Of a stretch of 64,000 bases of DNA, positions 1 to 8,684 are shown in pieces. The position numbers and the translations under genes are program-made. This stretch comes from Thermoplasmata archaeon (GTDB lineage Archaea; Thermoplasmatota; Thermoplasmata; Lutacidiplasmatales; UBA184), in assembly GCA_027315165.1 (NCBI GenBank), contig DAHUYN010000003.1, forward strand, positions 27,990 through 91,989, in the 5' to 3' direction. The stretch's first letter is position 1, and the number at the start of each line of letters is the position of its first letter. The notes below the pieces were generated by a model. The model saw only the letters and a list, made by a program, of their open reading frames with translations. It was not told the DNA's origin and did not search any database.

Positions 1-1
1 C

Positions 2-163
2 ACGATCGAGTGGGACCAGACCGACGACACGCTCTGGGCCACCTCGATGACGGGACCGCCGGTGAACGGCCACCTGGACACGCTCACGGGCGACTACGGC
101 GTCGGCACCTCGACGCAGTTGTCCAAGCAGCAGAAGGTCCCGCTCTGCAACTTCCCCACGTAG
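2..163 (+). CDS. 3' end of unidentified gene truncated by window start (...VPLCNFPT*)
   Basis: Frame-2 reading is open from the window edge to TAG 161-163, 10 nt before the cytochrome b ATG. No diagnostic motif in the visible ~53 residues. Confidence 0.3.
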   Translation, partial: TIEWDQTDDTLWATSMTGPPVNGHLDTLTGDYGVGTSTQLSKQQKVPLCNFPT

Positions 164-173
164 GTCGGTCGAG

Positions 174-1544
174 ATGGCGTTCGAGCGTTGGTTCAATCGC
201 ACCCTCAACCGGCTCTGGGGGTTCGTCGAGGACCGCTCGGGCATGCCCAAGTGGGCGCTCCGGCCGCAGCCCGAGTTCACGTTCAAGCCGTCGTACTGGA
301 CGGGGGCCTTCGTCGTCAACGCCTTCCTCTACCAGGTGGTCTCCGGGCTCCTCCTGCTGCTCTACTACCAGCCGAGCGTCAACCCCACCTACACCGCCTG
401 CGGCCAGGCGGTCGGGACGCTCTCCGCCGCGCCGGCGGCCTGGTGCTCGACCTACTACATCCTCCACTCCGTGCCGATGGGCTCGCTCCTCCTCTCGAGC
501 CACCTCTACGGCGCCTACGCGATGATCTTCCTGGCGATCGTCCACTTCTACCGGGGCTACTACCTCGGCGTCTACAAGGCGCCGCGCGAGTTCAGCTGGA
601 TGGTCGGCACGCTCCTCCTGCTCGCGACGCTCGGCATGGGTTTCACGGGATACCTCCTCCCGTACACGCAGCTCGCCTCGAACGCGACGAACGTCGGGCT
701 CGTGCTCGCGCTGAGGCTGCCGTACGCGGGTCCGCTCCTGGGTCCCTTCATCCTCGCCGACGGGACGAGCCAGGGCCTGCTGTCGCGGATGTTCGCCGCG
801 CACGTCCTCCTGATCCCGCTCGCGCTCGGCGCGCTCTTGTACGCGCACATCGCGCTGTTCGAGTCGCACGGCATCGCCCCGCCCGCGACCTCGGACCCGA
901 CCCAGCGCCGTCGGTTCACCCACGCCGAGGACAAGAAGAACGTCCCGTTCATGCCCCACATCTTCTTTTACATGACCAAGTGGGCCCTGCTCTACGTCGG
1001 GCTCCTCCTCGGCATCGCCGCCCTCTGGCCCTGGGAGCTCCCCACCTACGTCGGCAACCTCGCGGCGACCGGGGTCGTTACCGAGCCCGATTGGTACTTC
1101 CTCTGGACGTTCAAGCTCGTGGACTTCCAGGGCGTCACGCCCGTGCTCGCGGTCGGGATCACGAACGTGATCCTGCTGTTCATCCTCTTCCTGCCGTTCC
1201 TGGACCGGTCCAAGCGCACACACCCCCGGGACCGGCCCGTCTTCCTGATCCTCGGCAACTGCCTGATGGGATTCTTCCTGATGCTGTCGGTCTGGGGCGG
1301 CCTCACCCCCGGGGTCCAGATCAGCCCGGACCAGGTGGCGCTCCGTCTCGTGCCCATCTTCGTCGTCAACGCCGTCGTCGTCGCGCTGTTCTACTGGCGC
1401 TACAAGCGCAACTACCTCCACCGGCTCGCGGCCGCCGGCAAGGCCGAGGTGCGACCGGGGGCCTATCCGCTCCCGACCTCGCCCGCCGTGAGTGCGGCGC
1501 CGGCGCTCTCGGCCGCGACCCCGGACGGAGGCCCTCGTGACTGA
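174..1544 (+). CDS. cytochrome b (bc-complex / quinol-oxidising cytochrome b subunit)
   Basis: 456-aa ORF with the cytochrome b N-terminal signature (YQPSVNPTYTACG, His-containing helices HFYRGYY and GFTGYLLPY) and many TM helices. ATG at 174. Confidence 0.85.
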   Translation: MAFERWFNRTLNRLWGFVEDRSGMPKWALRPQPEFTFKPSYWTGAFVVNAFLYQVVSGLLLLLYYQPSVNPTYTACGQAVGTLSAAPAAWCSTYYILHSVPMGSLLLSSHLYGAYAMIFLAIVHFYRGYYLGVYKAPREFSWMVGTLLLLATLGMGFTGYLLPYTQLASNATNVGLVLALRLPYAGPLLGPFILADGTSQGLLSRMFAAHVLLIPLALGALLYAHIALFESHGIAPPATSDPTQRRRFTHAEDKKNVPFMPHIFFYMTKWALLYVGLLLGIAALWPWELPTYVGNLAATGVVTEPDWYFLWTFKLVDFQGVTPVLAVGITNVILLFILFLPFLDRSKRTHPRDRPVFLILGNCLMGFFLMLSVWGGLTPGVQISPDQVALRLVPIFVVNAVVVALFYWRYKRNYLHRLAAAGKAEVRPGAYPLPTSPAVSAAPALSAATPDGGPRD

Positions 1545-1803
1545 GCCGACCGAGGCGCCCCACTACCGGACGGGGGCGCTCTGGGGGATCCTCGCCCTGC
1601 TCCTCCTCCTCGGCACCGTCGCCGCGGCGTTCTTCGTCTACGGGGTCACGGAGTTGTGGTTCACGCGTCGCTGGGTCGACCTCTTGGCGATCGGGGGCGG
1701 CGCCGTCGTCGCCGTGCTGATGCTGCTGCTCCTCGTCGGGCTTTTGTACAAGGTCGACCGGCTCCGAGGCGTTCCGCACCGGGAGGTACGGCTCTTTGAG
1801 TAG
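1540..1803 (+). CDS. small membrane protein (2 TM), possible oxidase accessory subunit
   Basis: GTG at 1540 overlaps the cytochrome b stop (GTGA). 87 aa with two hydrophobic helices; the ORF track frame is 1492..1803. Confidence 0.4.
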   Translation, partial: TEPTEAPHYRTGALWGILALLLLLGTVAAAFFVYGVTELWFTRRWVDLLAIGGGAVVAVLMLLLLVGLLYKVDRLRGVPHREVRLFE

Positions 1804-2167
1804 CGCGTTGGGCGAGGCGGAGCTCCTCCGGATCCAGGACCGGGCGCTCTCGCTCTACTACGCGGCGATGATCCTGATGCTCCTGGGGATCGGCGTCCTC
1901 GGGCTCTACTGCTACCGCCTGGGGCCGCTCACGAGCCCGGGCGCGGAGCAGTCGTTCGGGTTCGCCGTGTCGCTGATGTTCCTGATGGGAGCGCTCGTGA
2001 TCCACCTGGTCGACCGGACGTACCGGGTGTGGCCGCTCGGGCGCCGGTTCCGGCCGACGGCCCCGGGCCCGGTGACCGACCGCGCCTGGTCCGTCGCGCT
2101 CGCCGTGCTGATCCTCGTCATTGCGGGCGGAGCGATCGCCTGGATCCTCGGAGGGCTGCTCGCCTAG
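1796..2167 (+). CDS. small membrane protein (3-4 TM), possible oxidase accessory subunit
   Basis: 123-aa ORF overlapping the previous ORF by 8 nt and ending 14 nt before coxI. Hydrophobic helices, non-repetitive composition. Confidence 0.4.
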   Translation: MSSALGEAELLRIQDRALSLYYAAMILMLLGIGVLGLYCYRLGPLTSPGAEQSFGFAVSLMFLMGALVIHLVDRTYRVWPLGRRFRPTAPGPVTDRAWSVALAVLILVIAGGAIAWILGGLLA

Positions 2168-2180
2168 GGCGGAGGGATCG

Positions 2181-3857
2181 ATGTCGGACCTGACCGTGCC
2201 GTTCCTGGAGATCGCCATCATCGTCGGGCTGGCGGGGTTCTTCCTCGCCGTCGTCGGTTCGCGAGGACAGTGGCTCGTCGCGAAGATGCGACTCTACCTG
2301 TTCACGACGGACCACAAGCGCATCGGGCTGATGTACCTCACGACCGCCTTCGTGATGTTCTTCATCGGCGGGATCTACGCCTCGTTGATCCGCACCGACC
2401 TCGGGTTCGTCCAGGGGCTCGGCCTCGACCCGCAGACGACGCTCGGCATCACGCCGGACGTCTACTCGACCCTCTTCACGATGCACGGCGTGATGATGAT
2501 CTTCCTGTTCGTGATGCCGGCGCTCGCCGGCTTCGGGAACTACCTCATCCCGTCGATGATCGGCGCCAAGGAGATGGCGCTCCCTCGCATCAACGCCATC
2601 GCCTTCTGGATGATCCCGCCCGCCGCGGTCCTCCTCATCCTCTCGAACGCGAACGCGGGCTGGACCGGCTACGTCCCGCTCTCGGTCCAGCCCTACGGTC
2701 CCAACCCGCACGCCATCGACATCTGGATCACGGGGATCCACATCCTCTCGATCTCCTCGATGCTCGGGGCGATCAACTTCCTCGTCACGATCATCAAGCA
2801 CCGGGCGCCCGGGGTCCGGTACTGGAACATGCCGCTCTTCGTCTGGGCGACGTTCATCAACTCGGTCCTCCTCATCTTCGCGCTCCCGTCCCTCTCGATC
2901 GCGCTGACCTTCGTGCTCTCGGACCGGAACTTCGGGACCCACATCCTCGCGGCCTCGAACGGCACGCCGCTCGGCGGGGCGCTGCTCTACCAGAACATGT
3001 TCTGGTTCTTCGCGCACCCCGAGGTCTACATCCTCGTGCTGCCCGCGTTCGGTCTCGTCTCGACGATCCTCCCGAAGCTGGCCCGAAAGGACATCTTCGG
3101 CTACGGGGCCATGGCGATCGCCCTCGGCGTCTTCGCGGTGCTCTCCTTCGCGGTGTGGGAACACCACATGTTCGTCACGGGGATCTCGACGAACATCCGC
3201 TTCGTCTTCATGCTCACGACGATGGCGATCGCCGTCCCCTCGGCGGTGAAGACGTTCAACTGGGTGGCGACGCTCTGGGGCGGCCGCATCTGGATGGCGA
3301 TCCCGATGTGGTTCTGCGTCGCGTTCATCACCGGCTTTGTCATCGGAGGGCTCTCGGGGCTGTTCCTCGCCTCCGTGCCGGTCGACTACCTCTACCACGC
3401 GACCTACTTCGTGGTCGCGCACTTCCACTACATCATCCTCGGCGGGACGATGATGGCGCTCTTCGCGGGGATCTACTTCTACTACCCCGTCTGGACCGGC
3501 CGCTGGTACAACCAGCGCCTCGCCCAGGTCCACTTCGTCCTGACCTACGTCGGCGTGAACCTGCTCCTGTTCCCGATGTACCTCCTCGGGGCCGAGGGGA
3601 TGCCGCGGCGCGTCTACACCTACCTGCCGACGGCGAACTTCGAGTTCCTCAACTTCCTGAGCTCCATCGGCGCGGCGATCCTCGGGATCGGCCAGCTCGT
3701 CTTCGCGTTCAACATGGTCTACAGCTACTACACGGGCCTCAAGGTCGTCGGCGACCCGTGGGGGGAGCCGGCCCCGACGCAGATGCTCGGGCCCGCCAAG
3801 CCGAGGCCGAGCCCGGTCTCCGTCCCGGTCGCCGCGGAGCCGAAGGGCTCCGCCTAG
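2181..3857 (+). CDS. heme-copper oxidase subunit I (cytochrome c/quinol oxidase subunit I)
   Basis: ORF track 2121..3857. The first ATG (2181, MSDLTVPF) is preceded by GGAGGG. Subunit I hallmarks: [20 protein letters not shown], and 12 TM helices. Confidence 0.9.
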   Translation: MSDLTVPFLEIAIIVGLAGFFLAVVGSRGQWLVAKMRLYLFTTDHKRIGLMYLTTAFVMFFIGGIYASLIRTDLGFVQGLGLDPQTTLGITPDVYSTLFTMHGVMMIFLFVMPALAGFGNYLIPSMIGAKEMALPRINAIAFWMIPPAAVLLILSNANAGWTGYVPLSVQPYGPNPHAIDIWITGIHILSISSMLGAINFLVTIIKHRAPGVRYWNMPLFVWATFINSVLLIFALPSLSIALTFVLSDRNFGTHILAASNGTPLGGALLYQNMFWFFAHPEVYILVLPAFGLVSTILPKLARKDIFGYGAMAIALGVFAVLSFAVWEHHMFVTGISTNIRFVFMLTTMAIAVPSAVKTFNWVATLWGGRIWMAIPMWFCVAFITGFVIGGLSGLFLASVPVDYLYHATYFVVAHFHYIILGGTMMALFAGIYFYYPVWTGRWYNQRLAQVHFVLTYVGVNLLLFPMYLLGAEGMPRRVYTYLPTANFEFLNFLSSIGAAILGIGQLVFAFNMVYSYYTGLKVVGDPWGEPAPTQMLGPAKPRPSPVSVPVAAEPKGSA

Positions 3858-3867
3858 GGGGGTTCCG

Positions 3868-4434
3868 ATGCAGGGGCACCGACTCTATCGGTACGCGGTC
3901 GTCCTGGCCGTGCTCGTCTGCTACGCGACGATCCTGATCGGCGGCAATGTCATGGCGAGCGACTCGGGCCTCGCCTGCCCCGACTGGCCGAGCTGCCACG
4001 GGACCTTCACGCCGCCGCTGAGCGGCGGGAGCGGCATCGAGTGGGCGCACCGGCTGAGCGCCCTCGTGCTCTCGCTCGTGATCGGCGCGATGACGGCCCT
4101 GGCCCTCCTCTTCGAGCGGAGCCGGCCCGTCCTCGTGCGCCTGAGCGGCGCGGCCGCCGCGCTCGTGCTCGCCCAGGCGCTCCTGGGCGGGCTCGTCGTC
4201 GAGTCCGACCTCACGGTCGGGCTCGTGCTCGCGCACCTCGCGCTCGCGACGGCGCTGTTCGCGCTCCTCCTCGTCCTCGCGCTCCTCGCGAACTTCCGGG
4301 AGGTCCCGCGGCGCTGGATCGAGTTCGCCTGGCGCGCCTCCGAGGCCGCGCCGGTCCCGGTCGGCCCGTCCCCGGTCCCCTCCTCGCCGACCCCGCCGGT
4401 GCCGCTCGGCCCCGAGCGCACGGGCGAACCGTAG
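3868..4434 (+). CDS. ctaA: heme A synthase (short archaeal type)
   Basis: 188 aa with 4 TM and the CPDWPSCHG motif diagnostic of CtaA/Cox15. Confidence 0.8.
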   Translation: MQGHRLYRYAVVLAVLVCYATILIGGNVMASDSGLACPDWPSCHGTFTPPLSGGSGIEWAHRLSALVLSLVIGAMTALALLFERSRPVLVRLSGAAAALVLAQALLGGLVVESDLTVGLVLAHLALATALFALLLVLALLANFREVPRRWIEFAWRASEAAPVPVGPSPVPSSPTPPVPLGPERTGEP

Positions 4435-4461
4435 CGGCGCCCACCCCCGGGTTATCTACGA

Positions 4462-5394
4462 GTGACCGCTCCGACCGCCGTGCCGGCCTCTAGGCCCGAG
4501 CGCGAGCCTCCCTCGCTCTCCCGAGACCTCGTGACGCTCACGAAGCCCGGGATCACGGCCCTCATCGTCCTCGTCGCGGTCGCGGGGTACTTCCTCGCGC
4601 GCCCGACGTCGCCCGACCTCGTGCGCCTCGGCCTCCTCGTCGTCTCGGGGGCCCTCGCGAGCGCGGGGGCCGCCGCGCTGAACCACTACCTCGACCGGGA
4701 CGTCGACGCGGCGATGCGGCGGACCCGAGGCCGCCCCGTCCCGGAGGCCCGGGTCTCGCCGACGGGCTCGCTCGTCTTCGGCCTGGCTCTCTTCGCGGTC
4801 GGGGTCGCGCTCGCGGCGGTGACGCTCAACCTGCTCACCTCGGCGTCGATCCTGCTGGGCGGCCTCACCTACGTCGTCGTCTACACGCTCTGGTTGAAGC
4901 GTCGCTCGAGCTGGAACATCGTCGTCGGAGGTTTCGCGGGCAGCGCCCCGGCGCTCGCCGGGAGCGCGGCCGCGGTCGGGTCCTGGACCCCCGCGGTCCT
5001 CGTCCTCGCGCTGCTCGTCTTTCTCTGGACGCCGCCGCACTTCTGGAGTCTCGCCCTGCTCCTGCGCCGCGACTATGCGGCCGCCGGCCTTCCGATGCTC
5101 CCTCGCATGGACGACCCCGGTTTCTCCGGAAAGGTCGTCGTCGTCTCCGCGAGCCTCCTCGTGCCGCCCTCGCTCGGCCTCGCCGCCACCGGCGCGGTCG
5201 CGTGGCCCGTCTCCGCCGTGCTCGTCGCGCTCGCGGTCGCCTTCGTCGGCGTGACGCTCCCGTTGTGGCGCGAGCCGAGCTCGAAACGGGCGCGGCGCGG
5301 CTTCCTCTACTCGGGCCCCTACCTGCTCGCGGTTGTCGTCGTGCTCGTCCTCAACGCCTGGCTCCTCTCGCGCGGCGTGGGCACGGGCTGGTAG
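4462..5394 (+). CDS. ctaB: protoheme IX farnesyltransferase (heme O synthase)
   Basis: UbiA-family membrane prenyltransferase with NHYLDRDVDAAMRRTRGRPVP and LTKPGI N-terminal motifs. Confidence 0.85.
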   Translation: MTAPTAVPASRPEREPPSLSRDLVTLTKPGITALIVLVAVAGYFLARPTSPDLVRLGLLVVSGALASAGAAALNHYLDRDVDAAMRRTRGRPVPEARVSPTGSLVFGLALFAVGVALAAVTLNLLTSASILLGGLTYVVVYTLWLKRRSSWNIVVGGFAGSAPALAGSAAAVGSWTPAVLVLALLVFLWTPPHFWSLALLLRRDYAAAGLPMLPRMDDPGFSGKVVVVSASLLVPPSLGLAATGAVAWPVSAVLVALAVAFVGVTLPLWREPSSKRARRGFLYSGPYLLAVVVVLVLNAWLLSRGVGTGW

Positions 5395-5432
5395 GCCCCG
5401 GACGCCCCGGAAGGGCGATGGCGTTATGCGGC

Positions 5433-6163
5433 GCCCCCGTCTGGCTCGCCCGATGTCCCGCCCCGAGGCGCTTCCGTCGGCGACGACCGCCGTTCCCGAC
5501 CGCCTCCGGCGCGCCGAAGCGGCCCTGAAGCGCCTCGGCTTCGCCCGGATCGCGGCGGCGAAGCGCGGGGCGCTCGCCCCACCGGACTTCTGGGTCCAGG
5601 AGGCCGGCGTCCCGCGGCGGACGTTCCCGGTCTACCTCCTGTCCCCGGCCGCGCGACCCGCGGGCGAGAGCCCCGTGGCGTCCCCTCCCGCCCCGCCGGT
5701 CCCGGCGCGGGCGATCGTCGTCGTTGACGGCGAAGGGGCCGCCGAGCAGGCATGGCGCTCGATGCGCGAGGCCGCGCACGACCCGGCGGCGGAGGTCTCC
5801 GTGCTCGTGCTGCCGTCCACGACGGCGCCGACCGAGGAGGCCCGGTGGCATCTCGGCACCGTCCCGCCGCGAGAGCTCCTCAAGCTCACCACGGGGATCG
5901 TCGTCGGGCTCTTCCAGCGGGCCGCCCAGGAGGAGGGCTCCGCACAGATCGATTTCGGCGAGATGCTCCAGCTCCTCCGACAGCGCTTCGGCGTCGACGT
6001 CCACCGTTCCCTTGGCGTCGACTCGGACGAGGACGCGCTGTTCCTCCTCTACCAGCTCGCCCAGCGGGACGCCTACGCGCCGGGCGAGAGCGGGACGAGC
6101 CTGCACTCGTTGGTCCTCAAGCCGACCGGGCCGGCGGCCCGCCTCCCCTGGTTCGCCGCCTAA
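5433..6163 (+). CDS. hypothetical protein (follows ctaB, same strand)
   Basis: ORF track 5333..6163; first ATG at 5433. Non-junk composition and no domain I can recognise. Confidence 0.4.
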
Positions 6164-6196
6164 GCGCGCCGTCGAACCGAAGCCATAAGAACCCTC

Positions 6197-6397
6197 GTGC
6201 GGCGTGTAGGGGCGATGGCCGATGCCGCCGAGAGCTGGCAGACCCCGTACACGAGCCTTCCCGGCAGTTCGACGCCGCCACCCGAGACGAACCCCAAGGA
6301 GGGCGTACGGGACCTCTGGGCGTTCTTCTGGCTCTCGGTCGCGAACACGCTGATCATCGCCGTCGCGGGCCTGGCGGCGTGGTTCTGGGTCCACTGA
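6197..6397 (+). CDS. small hypothetical membrane protein (C-terminal TM)
   Basis: 66-aa ORF with a hydrophobic tail (LWAFFWLSVANTLIIAVAGLAAWFWV). Short, so the call is weak. Confidence 0.25.
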   Translation: MRRVGAMADAAESWQTPYTSLPGSSTPPPETNPKEGVRDLWAFFWLSVANTLIIAVAGLAAWFWVH

Positions 6398-6460
6398 ACC
6401 TTCGCCACCGGGGCAACGGTTATCTTCCCGACCCGGGTCGGCGGGCTCGGTACACCCGGT

Positions 6461-6535
6461 GGGGCCGTGGGGTAGCTTGGACCATCCTTCTTGCTTGGGG
6501 TGCAAGAGACTCCGATTCAAATTCGGACGGCCCCA
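6461..6535 (+). tRNA. tRNA-Pro (anticodon GGG)
   Basis: Manual cloverleaf fold. Acceptor GGGGCCG/CGGCCCC; anticodon stem CTTGC/GCAAG with loop TTGGGGT (anticodon GGG); T-stem TCCGA/TCGGA with loop TTCAAAT; 4-nt variable loop; discriminator A. No encoded CCA. Confidence 0.8.
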
Positions 6536-6569
6536 TTCCCGGCGCCGCGCACGTCGGTCGTGCGCGAGG

Positions 6570-6788
6570 CTAGCTCGTGTGGGCCGAACGGTTGTGGCGA
6601 GCGAGCGCCGAGGTCGTCGGGAACGTGCGACGACAGAGCGAGCACCGCACCGGCTTGGCGGCCTTCGGGGCCGCCTCCGTTACCGCGTGGGACTCGGCGA
6701 CGTGGGCGCGGAGCGCCTCCTCCGAACGGAACAGACGGCCGCACTCGGGACAGGCCGCCTCGACCTCGTCGTATTCGACGTAGGGCAC
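6570..6788 (-). CDS. small C2H2 zinc-finger protein (two classical CX2CX12HX4H fingers)
   Basis: 72 aa with CPECGRLFRSEEALRAHVAESH and CSLCRRTFPTTSALARHNRSAH. Both fingers keep the conserved F/L hydrophobics. Confidence 0.75.
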   Translation of the reverse strand: MPYVEYDEVEAACPECGRLFRSEEALRAHVAESHAVTEAAPKAAKPVRCSLCRRTFPTTSALARHNRSAHTS

Positions 6789-6849
6789 GGATACCGGTAG
6801 GGCCCTCGGCGCAAAGTCGCTTTCGTTCGTCCGGTCGGCCGGCGTGGCG

Positions 6850-7263
6850 CTACCGCGAGAGCTCTAGGAGCCGCTGGCTCAACCGTCGGAGACGCTCCCG
6901 CTCCGCTCCGAGCGCCCCTCGGCCGCCCTTGGCGAGGTCCTCGAGGTACGTGGTGTAGTTCGTGAGCTCGTCGACGACCTCGCGGGCGCCCCGAGGACTT
7001 CCCCCTCCGAGCCAGCCGCCCGCGAAGGAGGTCTCGTCGCGCCCGCGCTCGGTGAGCTCGTAGCGGCCGTCCTCGCGCCGCTGCACGAGACCGTCGTGCG
7101 CGAGATCCTCGAGGACGGGATAGACCGAGCCGGGGGACGGGCGCCACCAGCCCTGGCTCATCGCCTCCATCGCGTCCATGATCTCCGCGCCGTTCTTCGG
7201 TCCACGGACGAGCAGGTAGAGCGCCCAGTGTCGAAGTCCCCGTCGCTTGCCGAAGCCGAACAT
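6850..7263 (-). CDS. PadR-family transcriptional regulator
   Basis: The ORF track extends to 7422, but ATG 7263 (MFGFGKRRGL) gives a typical ~137-aa PadR with the winged-helix motif SVYPVLEDLAHDGLV. Confidence 0.8.
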   Translation of the reverse strand: MFGFGKRRGLRHWALYLLVRGPKNGAEIMDAMEAMSQGWWRPSPGSVYPVLEDLAHDGLVQRREDGRYELTERGRDETSFAGGWLGGGSPRGAREVVDELTNYTTYLEDLAKGGRGALGAERERLRRLSQRLLELSR

Positions 7264-7267
7264 CGTT

Positions 7268-7290
7268 CCGATATCGGAATTTCGATATCG
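7268..7290. promoter_or_regulatory. tandem palindromic operator candidates CCGATATCGG / CGATATCG in the padR-rlmE divergent intergenic region
   Basis: Two perfect CGATATCG palindromes 6 nt apart, immediately upstream of padR and overlapping its putative TATA (AAATACGATA on the minus strand). Confidence 0.5.
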
Positions 7291-7343
7291 TATTTGAGCG
7301 CGTCGCCCCGACCCGGCCGCGCTCCGACGCGGCGGAACCTCTT

Positions 7344-7988
7344 GTGGTCGCGGCGTGTTCGAGGGGCGTGGGGCGGCGGTTCCTGCAACAGCGTCGACGA
7401 GACCCGTACTATCGGGCCGCACAGGATCAGGGGCTCCGCTCGCGCGCGTCGTTCAAGCTCGCGGACCTGGGTCGCCGGTTCCCGTTGTTCCACGTCGGCG
7501 ACGCGGTGCTCGACCTCGGCGCCGCGCCGGGCGGCTGGTCGATCGTGGCGCGAGAGTGCGTCGGCGCCCGCGGACGGGTCGTCGCCGTCGACCCGAGGAG
7601 CGTCGAGCCCCTCGAGGGCGTCGAGGTCGTCCGCGGGACCGTCGGGGACCCACGGCTCGTCGCCCGCCTCGGGGCCGAGCCGTTCGACGTCGTCCTCTCC
7701 GACATGTCGCCGAGGATCAGCGGCGCCTACGCGACGGACCAGGCGCGGAGCGTCGACCTCGCCCGTCTCGCCTTCGTGCTCGCGCGCGAGGTCCTTCGGG
7801 ACGGCGGGGTCTTCGTCGCGAAGGTCTTCGCGGGGGACCTCCTCGGCGAGCTCGAGTCCGAGATGCGCCCCGCGTTCGAGCGGCTCGTCCGCACGAAGCC
7901 GCCGGCCTCACGACAGCAGTCGTCCGAGCTCTACCTGATCGGGCTCGGCTACCGACGGGGCGGTCCTCCCGCGGAGAGAGCGCCGTGA
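7344..7988 (+). CDS. rlmE: 23S rRNA (uridine-2'-O)-methyltransferase RlmE/FtsJ
   Basis: RSRASFKLADL and LDLGAAPGGWS SAM-binding motifs; DVVLSDMSP. Confidence 0.85.
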   Translation: MVAACSRGVGRRFLQQRRRDPYYRAAQDQGLRSRASFKLADLGRRFPLFHVGDAVLDLGAAPGGWSIVARECVGARGRVVAVDPRSVEPLEGVEVVRGTVGDPRLVARLGAEPFDVVLSDMSPRISGAYATDQARSVDLARLAFVLAREVLRDGGVFVAKVFAGDLLGELESEMRPAFERLVRTKPPASRQQSSELYLIGLGYRRGGPPAERAP

Positions 7989-8638
7989 CGGCCTCTCGGG
8001 ACCTCCGACGCGCGCGCGAGGAGATGGTCGACCGCCTGCACCTCTCGGACCCTCGCGTCGAGGCCGCGATGCGCAAGGTCGCGCGCGACGCGTTCGTCCC
8101 GGCGCGATGGCTCTCGATCGCCTACGACGACACCCCGGTCCCGCTCACCGAGGAGGCGACGGTCTCGGCGCCGCACATGGTCGCGCTGCTCCTCGAGGCG
8201 CTCGACCCGCGCGAGGGCGACCATCTTCTCGAGATCGGCGCCGGCATGGGGTACCTCGCGGCGCTGCTCGCCGAGCTCGTCGGGCCTGCCGGGCGCGTCG
8301 ACGCGATCGAGATCGATCCCGGGCTCGCGAGCGAGGCGACGCAGCGGTTGGCGGCGCTCGGATACGACACGGTCGCACACGTCCGCGTCGGCGACGGCCA
8401 CGAAGGGCTCCCCGAGCAGGCCCCCTTTGACGGCATCGTCGTCTCCTGTGCGACGCCCGACCTCGCGCTCGCGTGGACCTCGGAGCTCAGAGAGGGGGGC
8501 CGGCTCGTCGCGCCGGTCGGGAGCACCTTCGAGCAGATCCTCGTGACCTACACGCGACACGGCCGCTCGGGCCGGGTCGTCCAAGGGGTCCCCTGTCGCT
8601 TTGTCCCCCTGCGGCGCGCCGGTACTCCGCATATATAG
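7985..8638 (+). CDS. pcm: protein-L-isoaspartate O-methyltransferase
   Basis: GTG at 7985 overlaps the rlmE stop. Carries the PIMT SAM motif LLEIGAGMGYLAALLAEL and is 217 aa. Confidence 0.85.
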   Translation: MTASRDLRRAREEMVDRLHLSDPRVEAAMRKVARDAFVPARWLSIAYDDTPVPLTEEATVSAPHMVALLLEALDPREGDHLLEIGAGMGYLAALLAELVGPAGRVDAIEIDPGLASEATQRLAALGYDTVAHVRVGDGHEGLPEQAPFDGIVVSCATPDLALAWTSELREGGRLVAPVGSTFEQILVTYTRHGRSGRVVQGVPCRFVPLRRAGTPHI

Positions 8639-8684
8639 ACCCGTAAACTACGGCGGGCCCGGCGTTTTTGGCGGTTGATTATTC

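Noticed and set aside
84-1421. Long antisense/alternate-frame ORFs rich in Arg/Glu/Asp/Pro (e.g. 84..1421-, 2118..3533-, 12041..13978-, 18528..21863+, 25044..28946-, 25241..28318+, 29247..30923-, 33941..36681)
   Set aside because: Their RE/RR/RD-rich, low-complexity translations have no motifs and lie opposite or out of frame to well-supported genes. They are the typical shadow ORFs of ~68% GC DNA where stop codons are rare.
6400-6900. tRNA-Pro as integration site of a mobile element
   Set aside because: No integrase, no obvious duplication of the tRNA 3' end, and flanking genes (ctaB cluster, padR, rlmE) look core. The IS remnant is 10 kb away.
7355-8638. 427-aa ORF upstream-extended version of pcm
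   Set aside because: The extension lies inside rlmE in another frame and is Arg-rich. GTG 7985 at the rlmE stop gives a standard 217-aa PIMT.
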